From positions 384,001 to 448,000 of the forward strand of contig OZ219747.1 in NCBI GenBank assembly GCA_964291265.2: a stretch of DNA of 64,000 bases. The letters are read 5' to 3'. Shown here one piece after another: positions 19,780-31,649 of this stretch (position 1 is its first letter; every line of letters starts with the position of its first letter). The notes beneath the pieces are model-generated. The model searched no databases, had not been told where the DNA came from, and saw only the letters and a list, made by a program, of their open reading frames with translations. Both the position numbers and the translations under genes were made by a program. Origin of the DNA: Alphaproteobacteria bacterium. GTDB taxonomy: Bacteria; Pseudomonadota; Alphaproteobacteria; SP197.

Positions 19780-21888
19780 TCAGGTGGAGAGACCGAGGTC
19801 GCGTTTCTTGCTTGCGGCCCAGGCCTGGATGATGCGGTCGGCGATCATGGCCATGAGAGCCATGGACCCCCCGGCGATGACACCCTGGCCGAAACGGGCG
19901 TTGGTGAGACTGTCATAGACCCACTGGCCGAGGCCCTTGGTGCCGACGAGGGCGGCGATGACGAGCATGGCGAGGGCGAACATCACCACCTGGTTGAGGC
20001 CCACCATGATCTCGGGGACGGCAAGGGGAAGCTTGACCTTCCAGAGGATCTGCCTCTCGGTGCAGCCCATCATCCGGGCCGCCTCGATGGCCACCGGGTC
20101 GACATGGCGGATGCCGTGTTCGGTGTAACGGATCGCCGGCACGATGGCGTACATGATGATGGCGAGAAGCGCCGAGAAATCACCCACCAGGAAGACCATC
20201 ACCACGGGGATGAGGAAGACGAAGAGAGGCATGGTCTGCAGGGTGTCGTTGATCGGCCGCAGGACGGCGGAGACACGGTCGTTCTGTGCCGCCCAGATGC
20301 CCAGGGCTCCGCCAGCCACGAAGCAGATGATGACCGAGGTCGCGGTGAGATAGAAGGAGAGCATGGCCCTCGGCCAGGCGCCGCTCACCAGCATGAAGAC
20401 CATGCCGAGGAAGGCGAAGAGGGCGACTTTCCAGCCCCCGACCTGGAAGGCGATGAGGGTGACGGCGGCGATGAAGACGGGCCACGGCGTTCCCGACGCT
20501 CCGTAGTAGAAGAGGATGCCGAGGAGCGCCACGCAGACGGCGGTGCGCCAGCCGCCCAGCCTGGCTGCCAGGGAGCCGATGGCCACCAGGAACATCCAGT
20601 AGGTGACGGATGCCATCGGCGTCATCTCGAAGCCCCATGAGCTGGGCCGGGCGATTCTCTCGAGACCAGCCTTCATGGGGAGCATGAAGAAATAGAGGGT
20701 GTAGGTCTTGATGGCGTCCGTGATGTCGAAGAAATTGCGGGTGAACCAGGAGACCGCCGCGTTGAGGCCCTCGGCCGGATAGATGATCCACGCATCGGGA
20801 TAGGCGTTGAACACCGGCACCGCCCATGCAAGGAGTGAGCCGACGACGACCGCCGTCGCCATGGAGGTGAGCATGGGATGGCGCACGAGGTGGTTGCCCG
20901 AACGGTGCACGTGGATCTCTCCGGTGCGTTCTGCGAAACCACGGCTGATGCGGTCCATCATCATGGCGATCAGCACGATGACCAGTCCGGCGAGGAGGCT
21001 CTGGCCGGTCTGTGCCTTGCGCATCGTGGAGAGCACTTCCCAGCCGATGTCGGCGAAGCCGCCGATGATGGCGGCGATGATCACCATGGCGAGTGCGGCC
21101 ATGATGGTCTGGTTCACGCCGATCATGATCGTGTGCATCGCTGCCGGGATGCGCACCATGAAGAGAAGCTGGAAACCGTTGCAGCCGGACATCTGGCCGC
21201 TTTCGATGACGTTGTCGGGAACTCTCTGGAGACCCAGCATGAGGTTGCGGACCATGGGCGGGCTGGCGTAGATGGCTGACGCCACCATGCCGACCACCGG
21301 TCCGATGCCGAAGAGAATCAGGATGGGAATGAGGTAAGCGAAGGTCGGCACCGTCTGCATGACGTCGAGTGTCGGCTCGATGACGCGCCGGGCCCAGCGG
21401 AACCGGAAACCGAGCAGGCCCAGGACGAAGCCGATCACGAGCGAAAGCGGCACCGACATGCAGACCAGCGCCAGGGTCGACATGCTCTCGTCCCAGTATC
21501 CGACAACCACCATGTAGAGGAGGGAAGCGATGCAGAAGAGGGCGAGACGCCAGCCCTGGGCGGCAAAGGCGATGATCGCCACGATGGCGATCGTCACCGG
21601 CCACGGCGATGTCTGCAGCACGAACTGGATACCCGTCATCGGCCATTCGAGAAGGTCGGCAAGCAGGCGGAAGATCGGCTTGAAGTGGGCCGTGAACCCG
21701 TCCATGAGAAACTCGAGGCCGGCCTCGACGGGAAGCATCCAGTCCCTGGGGTACTTGACGAGCCACTTCTCGTCGTCGCGCAACACCAGGCAGAGAGTCG
21801 CCAGGGCGCCGAAAACCATCCAGACCACGAGCCTGGGCGGGATCCGGCGCACGGTCATCGGCGCACCCGTTTCCCGTGCGGGGCTCAC
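19780..21888 (-). CDS. Glycine betaine/proline-type ABC permease with two fused ProW domains
   Basis: Two BPD_transp_1 halves (LDVMQTVPTFAYLIP; NDTLQTMPLFVFLIP) with EAA loops. Confidence 0.9.
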   Translation of the reverse strand: MSPARETGAPMTVRRIPPRLVVWMVFGALATLCLVLRDDEKWLVKYPRDWMLPVEAGLEFLMDGFTAHFKPIFRLLADLLEWPMTGIQFVLQTSPWPVTIAIVAIIAFAAQGWRLALFCIASLLYMVVVGYWDESMSTLALVCMSVPLSLVIGFVLGLLGFRFRWARRVIEPTLDVMQTVPTFAYLIPILILFGIGPVVGMVASAIYASPPMVRNLMLGLQRVPDNVIESGQMSGCNGFQLLFMVRIPAAMHTIMIGVNQTIMAALAMVIIAAIIGGFADIGWEVLSTMRKAQTGQSLLAGLVIVLIAMMMDRISRGFAERTGEIHVHRSGNHLVRHPMLTSMATAVVVGSLLAWAVPVFNAYPDAWIIYPAEGLNAAVSWFTRNFFDITDAIKTYTLYFFMLPMKAGLERIARPSSWGFEMTPMASVTYWMFLVAIGSLAARLGGWRTAVCVALLGILFYYGASGTPWPVFIAAVTLIAFQVGGWKVALFAFLGMVFMLVSGAWPRAMLSFYLTATSVIICFVAGGALGIWAAQNDRVSAVLRPINDTLQTMPLFVFLIPVVMVFLVGDFSALLAIIMYAIVPAIRYTEHGIRHVDPVAIEAARMMGCTERQILWKVKLPLAVPEIMVGLNQVVMFALAMLVIAALVGTKGLGQWVYDSLTNARFGQGVIAGGSMALMAMIADRIIQAWAASKKRDLGLST

Positions 21889-22946
21889 GCCGCGCCCTCC
21901 CCGGCATGGCTGTCGGCAAGGGTGCTCAGAACCTTCCGGGCCGTGATGCTGCCGACGATGGCGCCCTCACCGTTCCTGACGGCGATGACATCCGCACCGC
22001 CGGCAAACCGCGGCATGATCTCTTCGAGCGTGGCATGTTCATCGACCGCGTCATCCGTGGCAGGAACGTCAGCGCTAGAAATGTCGCCGGCGGTGATCAC
22101 CTTCACCCGCGGCACATCCTGGGTGAACTCGCTCACGTAATCGTCGGCCGGCTGCATCACCACCTCCGCGGGGGTGCCGATCTGCACGATGCGGCCATCC
22201 TTCATGATGGCGATCCTGTCGGCGAGGCGAAGGGCCTCGAGGAAGTCGTGGGTGATGAAGACGATGGTCTTGTGGAGCAGCTGCTGGAGACGCAGGAACT
22301 CGTCCTGCATCTGCCGGCGGATCAGCGGATCGAGAGCCGAAAAGGGCTCGTCCAGGAACCACAGCTCCGGCTCGACGGCGAGGCTCCGCGCGATCCCGAC
22401 GCGCTGCTGCTGACCGCCCGAGAGCTGGCGCGGATAGCTCGTCTCGCGCCCCGTCAGCCCGACGAGATCGATCATCTCCAGCGCCCGGGCGCGCCTCGTT
22501 TCCTTGGAGATGCCCTGGACCTGCAGGGGAAACGCGACGTTCTCGAGCACCGAGAGATGCGGCAGGAGACCGAAATTCTGGAACACCATGCCCATCTTGT
22601 GGCGGCGGATGTCGATCAGCTTGTCCCTGGAGACCTGCAGGAGGTCCTCGCCATCGAGAATCACCTCTCCCGCGGTCGGCTCGACCAGCCGGGAAAGGCA
22701 GCGCACGATGGTCGACTTGCCGGAACCGGAGAGGCCCATGATGACGAAGATCTCGCCGATGTGGACATCGAAGGTGACATCGCAGGCAGCACCGATGTGG
22801 TCCGACTCGTTGATGGTCTCGACCAGGCCCGCGGTATCGGCCACATCGCCGTTGCCGGCCGTGAAGAACCTGTCGGCCCGGGGCCCGTACACCTTCCAGA
22901 CATGCCTGCAGGTCAGCTTGACTTCCTGATCATCGGTGCCCGTCAT
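21885..22946 (-). CDS. proV: Quaternary amine ABC transporter ATP-binding protein (ProV-like)
   Basis: IMGLSGSGKST, QLSGGQQQRVG, DEPFSALDPLIR; ATG 22946 preceded by GAGGAG. Confidence 0.9.
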   Translation of the reverse strand: MTGTDDQEVKLTCRHVWKVYGPRADRFFTAGNGDVADTAGLVETINESDHIGAACDVTFDVHIGEIFVIMGLSGSGKSTIVRCLSRLVEPTAGEVILDGEDLLQVSRDKLIDIRRHKMGMVFQNFGLLPHLSVLENVAFPLQVQGISKETRRARALEMIDLVGLTGRETSYPRQLSGGQQQRVGIARSLAVEPELWFLDEPFSALDPLIRRQMQDEFLRLQQLLHKTIVFITHDFLEALRLADRIAIMKDGRIVQIGTPAEVVMQPADDYVSEFTQDVPRVKVITAGDISSADVPATDDAVDEHATLEEIMPRFAGGADVIAVRNGEGAIVGSITARKVLSTLADSHAGEGAA

Positions 22947-23121
22947 GCTCTCCTCGGAATGGGCCATGCCTCGATCCCGGACTGCCCACCCTCTCCCCCT
23001 GGGACGGGGCAATCTATCCGGTCGGACCACGAAACGCCATGATCGGAGCGAGAGGTCTCGACCGGCCGGGCGAAGAGGTGCAGTATGGTGCGCACCTTCT
23101 TGGGAGTCTGCCCTCCGGATC

Positions 23122-24255
23122 ATGCTCAGGACCGAGGACATCGAGGGGCTGCATCGCCCGACGGCGGACGCCCGCGGCCTGCCGGGGCGCGTCTATACCT
23201 GCGAGGACTTCGCCCGCGAGGAACACGCCCGCCTCTTCGCGCGGACCTGGACCCTTGCCGGGTACGCCCACGAGGTGCCGGAGACGGGATCCGTCATGCC
23301 GAGAACACTGGCCGGTGTCCCGCTCCTCTTCACGCGCACCCGCGCCGGCGAGGTCCGGTGCTTCCACAATATCTGCACTCACCGGGGTTCACTGCTTGTC
23401 GACGAGGCGGCCGGCGGGCTTGCTACCCTGCGCTGCCGCTATCACGGGTGGACCTTCGATCTCGACGGAGCCCTGCGCCTGACACCCCACTGGGGCGGTC
23501 ACAACCAGGGACAGGCTGAGACACTCGACAAGGCCTGCCATGGTCTCAAACCCGTCCGCATGGCGCGCTGGCACGACTGGCTCTTCGTCAACGTCGACGG
23601 CGAGGCCGAACCCTTTGACGACTACGCCGCTCCCTTCATGGCCCATCTTTGCGAGTACGACCTCGACCATGCCACCTGGGCGTTCACCCGCCACTACGAC
23701 ATCGCCGGCAACTGGAAGCTGGTGGCCGAGAACTACCTCGAGACACTCCATCTCGATTTCGTGCACACCGTGCTCGCCGAGGCGGCGCCCTTCGAAGAGC
23801 ACGAGGTCATCGCCGACGGCGCCTGTCTCGGAACCGTCATCGACATCGGCCTCCCCGCCGCCTGGACCGGGGACGCTGCACTGCCGCGCTGGCCGGGTAT
23901 TGACGGGGCCGACAGGAGGGCGAAGAACCTGGCGCTCTTTCCCAACTTCAAGTTCGTGGTCGGCCCCGACCATGCCTGCTCCATGGTGGAATTCCCCGAC
24001 GGGGCCGGACAGTCCCGCCAGCGCTGGGACTTCTACTTCCACGGCGAAGGCGCCACGGAGCCCGCCCATGCCGCTGCGAGGAAGGCCGTGATCGACTTCT
24101 TCGATACCACCAACGTCGAGGATTTCAACGCCGTGGAAGCGGTGCACAGGGGGCACATGTCCCCGGCCATGCAGGGTGCGCGATTCAGCGGCATATGGGA
24201 GGGGGGCGTGCACCACTTCCAGAAACTCGTTGCCCACTACATGAGCAAGCCATGA
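23122..24255 (+). CDS. Rieske non-heme iron oxygenase alpha subunit (choline/carnitine/betaine monooxygenase-like)
   Basis: Rieske CTHRG...CRYHGW and mononuclear iron motif ENYLETLHLDFVH. Confidence 0.9.
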   Translation: MLRTEDIEGLHRPTADARGLPGRVYTCEDFAREEHARLFARTWTLAGYAHEVPETGSVMPRTLAGVPLLFTRTRAGEVRCFHNICTHRGSLLVDEAAGGLATLRCRYHGWTFDLDGALRLTPHWGGHNQGQAETLDKACHGLKPVRMARWHDWLFVNVDGEAEPFDDYAAPFMAHLCEYDLDHATWAFTRHYDIAGNWKLVAENYLETLHLDFVHTVLAEAAPFEEHEVIADGACLGTVIDIGLPAAWTGDAALPRWPGIDGADRRAKNLALFPNFKFVVGPDHACSMVEFPDGAGQSRQRWDFYFHGEGATEPAHAAARKAVIDFFDTTNVEDFNAVEAVHRGHMSPAMQGARFSGIWEGGVHHFQKLVAHYMSKP

Positions 24256-25133
24256 ACACAGACGTCTTCATCACCTGCGCCGTGACCGGCGCCGGCGACA
24301 CCGCCGACAAGAGCCCCCACGTGCCGGTCACGCCCGAGGCCATCGCCCATGCGGCCATCGAGGCCGCCGGCGCCGGTGCGGCCATCGCCCACGTTCACGT
24401 GCGCGACGTGAAGACCGGCAAGGGCAACCGGGACAGGGATGCCTTCCGCGAGGTCGTGGCGAGGGTGCGCGACAGCGAGTGCGACGTCATCCTCAACCTG
24501 ACCACGGGCATGGGGGGCGACTACATGCCGGACGCCGACGATCCGGGGCGCGCGTCGCCTGGAAGCGACATGGCATCGCCTGAGGAACGGGTGCTCCATG
24601 TCGAGGAACTGCTTCCGGAAATCTGCAGCCTCGACGTCGCCACCATGAACTTCACCGAAGGCGCCTTCATCAACGTCCCCGATCACCTGAGGGTCATGGG
24701 CGAGCGCATTGCCAGGGCGGGCGTCAAACCGGAGCTCGAGTGCTTCGACCTGGGGCATGTCAGGCTGGCCAACCAGCTCATTTGCGAGGGGGTGATCGAG
24801 GAACCGCCGCTCTTCCAGATCTGCCTAGGCGTTCCCTGGGGGGCGCCGTCAGATCCCGAATCGCTGATCGCCATGCGCAATCTGCTTCCCGCCAATGCCC
24901 ACTGGTCGGCCTTCGGGATCAGCCGCATGCAGATCCCCATGGCGGCGCAGGCCGTGATCTCGGGAGGCAACGTGCGCGTCGGCCTCGAGGACAATCTCTA
25001 CCTCTCGCGCGGCGTGCTTGCGACCAACGGCCAGCTCGTGGAACGTGCCGTCGAGGTCGTCGAACGCCTCGGCGCGCGGATCATGGGTCCCGCCGAGACG
25101 CGCCAGAAACTGGGCTTGACGAAGCAGTTCTGA
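24252..25133 (+). CDS. BKACE / 3-keto-5-aminohexanoate cleavage family, CdhC-like (dehydrocarnitine cleavage)
   Basis: [46 protein letters not shown]. Confidence 0.9.
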   Translation: MNTDVFITCAVTGAGDTADKSPHVPVTPEAIAHAAIEAAGAGAAIAHVHVRDVKTGKGNRDRDAFREVVARVRDSECDVILNLTTGMGGDYMPDADDPGRASPGSDMASPEERVLHVEELLPEICSLDVATMNFTEGAFINVPDHLRVMGERIARAGVKPELECFDLGHVRLANQLICEGVIEEPPLFQICLGVPWGAPSDPESLIAMRNLLPANAHWSAFGISRMQIPMAAQAVISGGNVRVGLEDNLYLSRGVLATNGQLVERAVEVVERLGARIMGPAETRQKLGLTKQF

Positions 25134-25150
25134 AGAGCGGACAACAGACC

Positions 25151-25564
25151 ATGGTGCAGAAGATCGTCAGGACCGACGAGGAGTGGCGGACCCGCCTCAC
25201 CGAAGAGCAGTTCAGGGTGACGAGGCGCGCCGGAACGGAACGACCGTTCACCGGGGCCTATCAGGGACAAGGCGAACCGGGCCTCTATCGCTGTGTGTGC
25301 TGCGGCGCGGCGCTCTTCGACTCGGTGACCAAGTATGAGTCCGGCACCGGGTGGCCGAGTTTCTGGGCCCCGATCGACGACGAGGCGGTCGAGCTGCGAG
25401 CCGACAGGAGCGTCTTCTTCATGCCCCGCACGGAAGTGGTCTGCGCCCGCTGCGACGCCCATCTCGGCCATGTCTTCCCCGACGGACCGCCCCCGACGCA
25501 CCAGCGCTACTGCATGAATTCGGCGGCCCTCACCCACGAGAAGGCGAGCGACGGCGGAACGTGA
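25151..25564 (+). CDS. msrB: Peptide-methionine (R)-S-oxide reductase
   Basis: [35 protein letters not shown]. Confidence 0.96.
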   Translation: MVQKIVRTDEEWRTRLTEEQFRVTRRAGTERPFTGAYQGQGEPGLYRCVCCGAALFDSVTKYESGTGWPSFWAPIDDEAVELRADRSVFFMPRTEVVCARCDAHLGHVFPDGPPPTHQRYCMNSAALTHEKASDGGT

Positions 25565-26568
25565 AGCCCGGACCGCTCAATCTCATCACCGATGTCGATG
25601 GCGTCCTCGTCGGTCAGGCGGAGGATCACCGGGTCAGGACCGGCGTCACCGCCATCGTCCCCGAGGAACGCGTCACGGCCGCCGCCGACGTGAGGGGCGG
25701 CGCCCCGGGCACGCGCGAGACCGGTACGCTCCATGTCGCCAGCCTCGTTGACGCCGTGGATGCGGTCGTGCTCTCCGGCGGCTCGGTCTTCGGCCTCGAT
25801 GCAGCAGGCGGCGCCGTGGCATGCCTGGTCGAAGAGGATCGGGGATTTCCGACATCGGCCGGCAGGATTCCGGTGGTGCCGGCGGCCATCCTCTTCGATC
25901 TCGCAAGCGGCGGCGACAAGGCCTGGGGCCGGCATTCTCCTTACGCCGACCTGGGATACCGCGCGGTCCAGGCAGCGGCACAGCGTTTCGATCTGGGCAA
26001 CACCGGTGCGGGTCTCGGCGCCCGTGCCGGAGGCCTGAAGGGAGGAACGGGCAGCGCCTCGGCAGTGGCCGACGGCGGTCTCCAGGTGGGAGCCATCGTC
26101 GCCGTCAATGCTGTCGGATCGACGGTGATCCCCGGCACCTCGACGCTCTGGGCGGCGCTCTTCGAACAGGCCGGCGAGATGGGGATGCCGCCGCGTTCGC
26201 TCCCCGCAGGGTGCATGGACCTCGAGGACGAGTTCAGGGGCCTTGCCGGCGAGAACACCTCCATCGGCGTCGTGGCAACCAATGCGACCCTCGACAAGGG
26301 CGCCCTCAATCGCATCGCCATCATGGCCCACGATGGCCTGGCCCGCGCCATTCGTCCCGTTCACACACCTTTCGACGGCGATACCATGTTCGCACTCGCC
26401 ACGGCGAGGCACACCGACACCATCGATGCCGTCACGCTCGCGCGCCTGGGATCGATGGCGTCAGACTGCGTGACGAGAGCAACGGGAAGGGCCATGGTGG
26501 CAGCGGAGACCCTTGACGGCATGACGAGCTACAGCGACTGGAGGACCGGCAGGTGCCGACAACAGTGA
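25561..26568 (+). CDS. P1/S58 (DmpA-like) peptidase
   Basis: [45 protein letters not shown]. Confidence 0.9.
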   Translation: MKPGPLNLITDVDGVLVGQAEDHRVRTGVTAIVPEERVTAAADVRGGAPGTRETGTLHVASLVDAVDAVVLSGGSVFGLDAAGGAVACLVEEDRGFPTSAGRIPVVPAAILFDLASGGDKAWGRHSPYADLGYRAVQAAAQRFDLGNTGAGLGARAGGLKGGTGSASAVADGGLQVGAIVAVNAVGSTVIPGTSTLWAALFEQAGEMGMPPRSLPAGCMDLEDEFRGLAGENTSIGVVATNATLDKGALNRIAIMAHDGLARAIRPVHTPFDGDTMFALATARHTDTIDAVTLARLGSMASDCVTRATGRAMVAAETLDGMTSYSDWRTGRCRQQ

Positions 26569-27239
26569 TCACGGGGGCAGGCCGGGGGATCGGCCTCGAA
26601 CTGACGAGACAGTATCTTGCCGACGGCTGGCTGGTCCATGCCGGGGCCCGCCAGCCCAGCGCGGCCCCGGGGTTGTCGGAACTGACGTCTTCGCGACTTC
26701 ACGTTCACCGGCTCGAGGTGACGAGGAGCGAGGATGCGGCCTCACTTGCCGCATCGCTTGGCGGAGCGCCGGTCGATCTCCTCGTCAACAACGCCGGCAT
26801 CTGGTTCGGTGACGAGGAGCTCTATGGCCGGTTCGACGACGAGGCATGGATCGAACAGTTCCGGGTCCACGTGTTCGGCGTCATGACGATGGTGGCGGCG
26901 CTCGAGGACAACATCGCGGCGAGCCAGGGGCGCACCATCATCAACATCTCGAGCGGCAGCGGCAGTTTCGCCTGGAGGGCGAAGTCGCCTGATTACCCCT
27001 ACAACTCTTCGAAGGCGGCGCTCAACATGCTGGCGCGGGGGCTGGCGGTGGATCTCCGGGCACGGGGGATCATCGTCGTCAACCTGACACCGGGGTTCGT
27101 TTCCACCGACATGACAGGCCATGACGCCGATCTCGACCCCGCCACGAGCGTTGCCGGCATGCGCCAGGTCATCGCCGACCTCGACAGCTCCGCCAGCGGA
27201 TCGTTCCTGCGCTACAACGGCGAGACCGTGCCATGGTGA
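26553..27239 (+). CDS. SDR oxidoreductase (CsgA/C-factor-like)
   Basis: TGAGRGIG, NNAG, YNSSKAALN. Confidence 0.88.
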   Translation: MPTTVITGAGRGIGLELTRQYLADGWLVHAGARQPSAAPGLSELTSSRLHVHRLEVTRSEDAASLAASLGGAPVDLLVNNAGIWFGDEELYGRFDDEAWIEQFRVHVFGVMTMVAALEDNIAASQGRTIINISSGSGSFAWRAKSPDYPYNSSKAALNMLARGLAVDLRARGIIVVNLTPGFVSTDMTGHDADLDPATSVAGMRQVIADLDSSASGSFLRYNGETVPW

Positions 27240-27907
27240 AGTCCGTTCTCATCACCGGCTCAAGCCGTGGCATCGGCTTCGAGTTCGCGGCTCAGTATGC
27301 CGCCGCCGGCTGGAAGGTCCACGCCTGCTGCCGCCGACCGGACGATGTCTCCTTCGATCCTGGCATCGATGTGCATGCGCTCGATGTCACCGACCAGGCG
27401 TCGATCGACGCCCTCGCCTCATCCCTCGATGGCGCAGCCTTGGATCTTCTCATCAACAACGCCGCGATCTTAGGTGGTTCCCGCCAGGGTGTCGGTGAAA
27501 CGCGTGACGAAGAATGGGAGCTGGTGATGCGCACCAACGTCATCGCTCCCTTCAGGGTCACCGATGCATTCAGAGGTCACCTGGGCCGTGCATCCCGGGC
27601 CATCGTCGTCCACATCTCGAGTCTCGCCGGGTCCATCGCCGACAACCGCTCCGGAGGCATTCACCTCTACCGGACCAGCAAGACGGCGCTCAACATGGTG
27701 GCGGCAAACCAGGCCCGTGACCTCGCCGGAGACGGCATCACGGTCCTCGCCCTCCATCCGGGGTGGGTCAGGACGGACATGGGTGGAGAGACTGCCCCGC
27801 TCTCTGCCCGGATGAGCGTTGCCAGCATGAGGCAGGTCATCGCGTCGGCCTCCTCGGCGATGAGCGGCGGGTTCTTCGACCGCAACGGCAAGCCTCTGCC
27901 CTGGTAG
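27233..27907 (+). CDS. SDR oxidoreductase (CsgA/C-factor-like), tandem paralogue
   Basis: TGSSRGIG, YRTSKTALN, HPGWVRTDMGG. Confidence 0.9.
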   Translation: MVKSVLITGSSRGIGFEFAAQYAAAGWKVHACCRRPDDVSFDPGIDVHALDVTDQASIDALASSLDGAALDLLINNAAILGGSRQGVGETRDEEWELVMRTNVIAPFRVTDAFRGHLGRASRAIVVHISSLAGSIADNRSGGIHLYRTSKTALNMVAANQARDLAGDGITVLALHPGWVRTDMGGETAPLSARMSVASMRQVIASASSAMSGGFFDRNGKPLPW

Positions 27908-27920
27908 GCTGCCCGGTTGA

Positions 27921-30677
27921 TCAGGAAACCGTGGCTCCGGTCCTTTGTCCGGCGCTGGCGGAGATCCTGCCGTGGCACTGCTTGTACTTGCGCCCGGAAC
28001 CGCAGGGACAGCGTTCGTTGCGCCCTACCCTGCCCCAGGTCGAGGGATCGGCGGGATTGCGATCGCCCTGCCTGACGCGGCGCAGCGAGGCCGGCATCGG
28101 CCGCCACCCGCCACGCGCAGACAACGGCGTCTCGGGGGCGCCGCGCGAGTCCTGCATGCGCTGCCGCGCCTCCTCCTGGCGCTGCGCTTCCATCTCCGCC
28201 GACGAACGGATCTCGACGCGCATCAGAAGCTGGGTGACCGCTTCGCGCACGGAGACGAGCCAGTCGTCGAACAGGTTGAAGGCTTCCCTCTGGTATTCCC
28301 GCAGCGGATCCCTCTGCGCGTAGCTTCTCAAACCGACAGACTGCCGCAGGTGGTCGAGAGCAAGCAGGTGGTCGCGCCATTTCTGGTCGATGACCTGAAG
28401 GAGCAGGCTCTTTTCGGCGATTCTCATCACCTCCGGCGTGAACTCCTTCTCCTTGCGGTCCATGGCCGCGTCGGCAGCGACGAGAACGCGGTCGAGCACT
28501 TCCTCCTCGGCGATACCCTCCTCGGCCGCCCATGCGGTGACCGGAAGATCGAGTCCCAGAATGCGCCGGAGGTCGTTCTCGAGACCCTCGATGTCCCACT
28601 GTTCGGAGTAGGTGTCGGCGGGAATGGCGCCGTTCACGCAGTTCTCGAGGACTTCCCGGCGCATGGTCTTGATGGTTTCGGCGACCTCGGTCGCGGCCAT
28701 CAGGTCGCGGCGCTGCTCGTAGACAACCTTGCGCTGGTCGTTCATGACGTTGTCGAAGCGCAGCAGCGACTTGCGGATCTCGAAGTTGCGGGCCTCGACC
28801 TTGCCCTGCGCCCTCTCGATTGCCTTGTTGACCCAGGAATGGGCGATCGCCTCGCCTTCCTCAAGGCCCAGTTTCTGGAGCATGGAGTCGAGCTTGTCGG
28901 ACCCGAAGATGCGCATCAGGTCGTCTTCGAGGGAGAGCAGGAAGGTTGACGCTCCCGGATCACCCTGGCGGCCGGAACGACCACGTAGCTGGTTGTCGAT
29001 GCGCCGGCTCTCGTGTCGTTCCGTGCCGACGATGAAGAGGCCGCCGGCCTCGAGGACCCGGTCGCGCTCGCTGGCGACCTCGGCGCGGATCGTCTCTTCC
29101 CGGCTCTTGCGTTCCGCCTCGTCCGCGATGTCGGAAAGTTCCTGATCGATCCGCATGTCCGCATTGCCGCCAAGCTGGATGTCGGTACCCCGGCCCGCCA
29201 TGTTCGTGGCGATGGTCACCGCACCGAAGCGTCCGGCCTGGGCAATGATGGCGGCTTCCTGTTCGTGGTAACGCGCGTTCAGCACGAGGTGATCGATTTT
29301 CTTCTTCTTCAGCTGATCCGAGATCATCTCCGACTTCTCGATCGACACGGTGCCGACGAGAACCGGCTGCCCGCGCTCGTGGCAGTCCCCGATCAGGTCG
29401 AGGATCGCATCGTGCTTCTCGGCAACCGTGCGATAGACCTCGTCGTCGCTGTCGGTGCGGATCATCGGCTTGTGGGTCGGGATCTCGAGCACTTCGAGCC
29501 CGTAGATCTCGGCAAACTCCCCGGCCTCGGTCATCGCCGTGCCGGTCATGCCGGCGAGCTTGTCGTAGAGGCGGAAGTAGTTCTGGAAGGTGATGGAGGC
29601 GAGAGTCTGGTTCTCGGTCTGGATGGGCACCCGTTCCTTGGCCTCGAGGGCCTGGTGAAGGCCGTCCGAGTAGCGGCGGCCTTCCATCATGCGCCCGGTG
29701 AATTCGTCGATGATGACGACCTTGCCATCCTTGACGATGTAGTCGACGTCCCTGGTGAAGAGCTTGTGGGCGCGCAACGCCTGGTTCACGTGGTGCACGA
29801 GAGTGACGTTCTGGACGTCGTAGAGCGAGCCCTCTTCCATCAGGCCGGCGTCCTTCAACAACGTCTCGACGGAATCGGCACCGTCGTCGGTGAATGTCAC
29901 GGTGCGGCGCTTCTCGTCCTTCTCGAACGCGTTGTCGGGAAGACGGGGAATCAGGATATCCACCTTGCGGTAGACGTCGGAGGTGTCCTGGGTCGGACCG
30001 GAGATCACCAGCGGCGTTCTTGCCTCGTCCACCAGGATGCTGTCGATCTCGTCGACGATGGCAAAGTTCTGCCCTCGCTGGACCATGGTCTCCAGGGAGA
30101 ACTTCATGTTGTCGCGAAGGTAATCGAAGCCGAACTCGTTGTTGGTGCCATAGGTGACATCGCAGGCGTACTGCTCCTTGCGATCGGCATCCGACAGACC
30201 GGAAACGATGCAGCCGACACTCAGTCCGAGGAAGCGGTAGACCTCGCCCATCCAGGCGGCATCGCGACGCGCCAGGTAGTCGTTCACCGTCACCACGTGA
30301 ACACCCTTGCCGTCGAGGGCATTGAGATAGACCGGAAGTGTCGCCACGAGGGTCTTCCCCTCGCCGGTCTTCATCTCCGAAATCTTGCCCTTGTGAAGCA
30401 CCATGCCACCCTGGAGCTGAACGTCGAAATGACGCTGGCCCAGGGTTCTCTTCGCCGCCTCGCGCACGGTTGCGAAGGCCTCGACGAGGAGATCGTCTCT
30501 CGGGGTGCCGTCGGCGAGACGCTGGCGGAACTCCCCGGTGCGGGCGGCGAGTTCGGCGTCGCCGAGCGGCTCCAGTTCCGCCTCGAGTGCGTTGATACGG
30601 TCGACGGTCTTGCCGAGCTTCTTGATGACACGCGAATTGGCCGACCCGAAGAGCCGGTTCGCGAAGTTGCCGAGCAT
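27921..30677 (-). CDS. secA: Preprotein translocase subunit SecA
   Basis: [37 protein letters not shown]-terminal [17 protein letters not shown]. Confidence 0.98.
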   Translation of the reverse strand: MLGNFANRLFGSANSRVIKKLGKTVDRINALEAELEPLGDAELAARTGEFRQRLADGTPRDDLLVEAFATVREAAKRTLGQRHFDVQLQGGMVLHKGKISEMKTGEGKTLVATLPVYLNALDGKGVHVVTVNDYLARRDAAWMGEVYRFLGLSVGCIVSGLSDADRKEQYACDVTYGTNNEFGFDYLRDNMKFSLETMVQRGQNFAIVDEIDSILVDEARTPLVISGPTQDTSDVYRKVDILIPRLPDNAFEKDEKRRTVTFTDDGADSVETLLKDAGLMEEGSLYDVQNVTLVHHVNQALRAHKLFTRDVDYIVKDGKVVIIDEFTGRMMEGRRYSDGLHQALEAKERVPIQTENQTLASITFQNYFRLYDKLAGMTGTAMTEAGEFAEIYGLEVLEIPTHKPMIRTDSDDEVYRTVAEKHDAILDLIGDCHERGQPVLVGTVSIEKSEMISDQLKKKKIDHLVLNARYHEQEAAIIAQAGRFGAVTIATNMAGRGTDIQLGGNADMRIDQELSDIADEAERKSREETIRAEVASERDRVLEAGGLFIVGTERHESRRIDNQLRGRSGRQGDPGASTFLLSLEDDLMRIFGSDKLDSMLQKLGLEEGEAIAHSWVNKAIERAQGKVEARNFEIRKSLLRFDNVMNDQRKVVYEQRRDLMAATEVAETIKTMRREVLENCVNGAIPADTYSEQWDIEGLENDLRRILGLDLPVTAWAAEEGIAEEEVLDRVLVAADAAMDRKEKEFTPEVMRIAEKSLLLQVIDQKWRDHLLALDHLRQSVGLRSYAQRDPLREYQREAFNLFDDWLVSVREAVTQLLMRVEIRSSAEMEAQRQEEARQRMQDSRGAPETPLSARGGWRPMPASLRRVRQGDRNPADPSTWGRVGRNERCPCGSGRKYKQCHGRISASAGQRTGATVS

Positions 30678-30827
30678 GGAAACCGTCTTCCTTCCGCCGC
30701 GATTCCGGCGTCGTTCTTCCCTGAAACAGATAGGTCCGCAGCCAGGAGCTGTCAATGTCACGAGGCATCCACGACGGCGCTCCGCCGCGGCCTTGTGCAG
30801 GCCCGCAGGATGTGGTCTTTGCGTCTC

Positions 30828-31649
30828 ATGACGATTCTCCGTTCCGCCATCGGCTGGCTCCTCGTGAGCGTTCCCGTCTTTGCCAGCGACCCGGTTGTCC
30901 GGATCAACGGCGACGAGATCACCAGGGCCGATATCGATGCCTTCGTGGCCGGTCTTCCGCCCGAAGTGGCGGCCACGCCTCCCGCAGACCTGTGGATGCC
31001 GGTGATCGAGAGGATGATCAGCGACCGCCTGATCGTCGAGGAAGCGCGGCGTCTCGGCATCCAGGACTCGGCCGCATTCATGGCCGAGCGGGCGCGCCTC
31101 GAAGAGGACCTGCTGCGGCGTCTCTATGTCGAGTCACTCGTCCGGCAGACCGTCACGCCGGAGACCGTGGCGGCGGCCTACGACGCATGGGTCGCCGACC
31201 TGACGGCGGACGGCCTTCCCCTGGAGGTCCATGCCAGCCACATCCTCGTTGCCTCCTTCGACGAGGCACAGCAAGTCACGCTCAAGGCGCGCCAGAGCGA
31301 GGACTTCGCGGAACTGGCGCGAAGCCAATCGATCGGCCCGACAGGTCCGCAGGGCGGCGATCTCGGCTGGTTCAGGGCGGGCATGATGGTTGCCGAGTTC
31401 GAGGAGGCCGCCTGGGCACTCGCTCCGGGCGAGGTCTCCGATCCGGTCGAGACGAGATTCGGATGGCATGTCATCAAGGTCCACGGCAGGCGGACCATGG
31501 AGGTGCCCCCGCTCGGCGAGGTGGAGGCCATGCTCCGTGAGGAGCTCTCGCGCCAGACCATTGCCGACGACCTCGAGCGCCTCCTGACAGCTGCCGCCAT
31601 CGAGATCCTGACCACACAGCCGCCGGACGACTTCGGGAAGGCCGAATGA
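30828..31649 (+). CDS. Parvulin-type peptidylprolyl isomerase (PrsA/PpiC-like)
   Basis: Signal peptide, [30 protein letters not shown]; conserved secA-PPIase-argJ order. Confidence 0.92.
   Translation: MTILRSAIGWLLVSVPVFASDPVVRINGDEITRADIDAFVAGLPPEVAATPPADLWMPVIERMISDRLIVEEARRLGIQDSAAFMAERARLEEDLLRRLYVESLVRQTVTPETVAAAYDAWVADLTADGLPLEVHASHILVASFDEAQQVTLKARQSEDFAELARSQSIGPTGPQGGDLGWFRAGMMVAEFEEAAWALAPGEVSDPVETRFGWHVIKVHGRRTMEVPPLGEVEAMLREELSRQTIADDLERLLTAAAIEILTTQPPDDFGKAE

Noticed and set aside
29013-30827. 878-aa ORF suggesting a giant PPIase fusion
   Set aside because: The N-terminal part is the antisense shadow of secA; the real gene starts at about 30810/30828 with a signal peptide.
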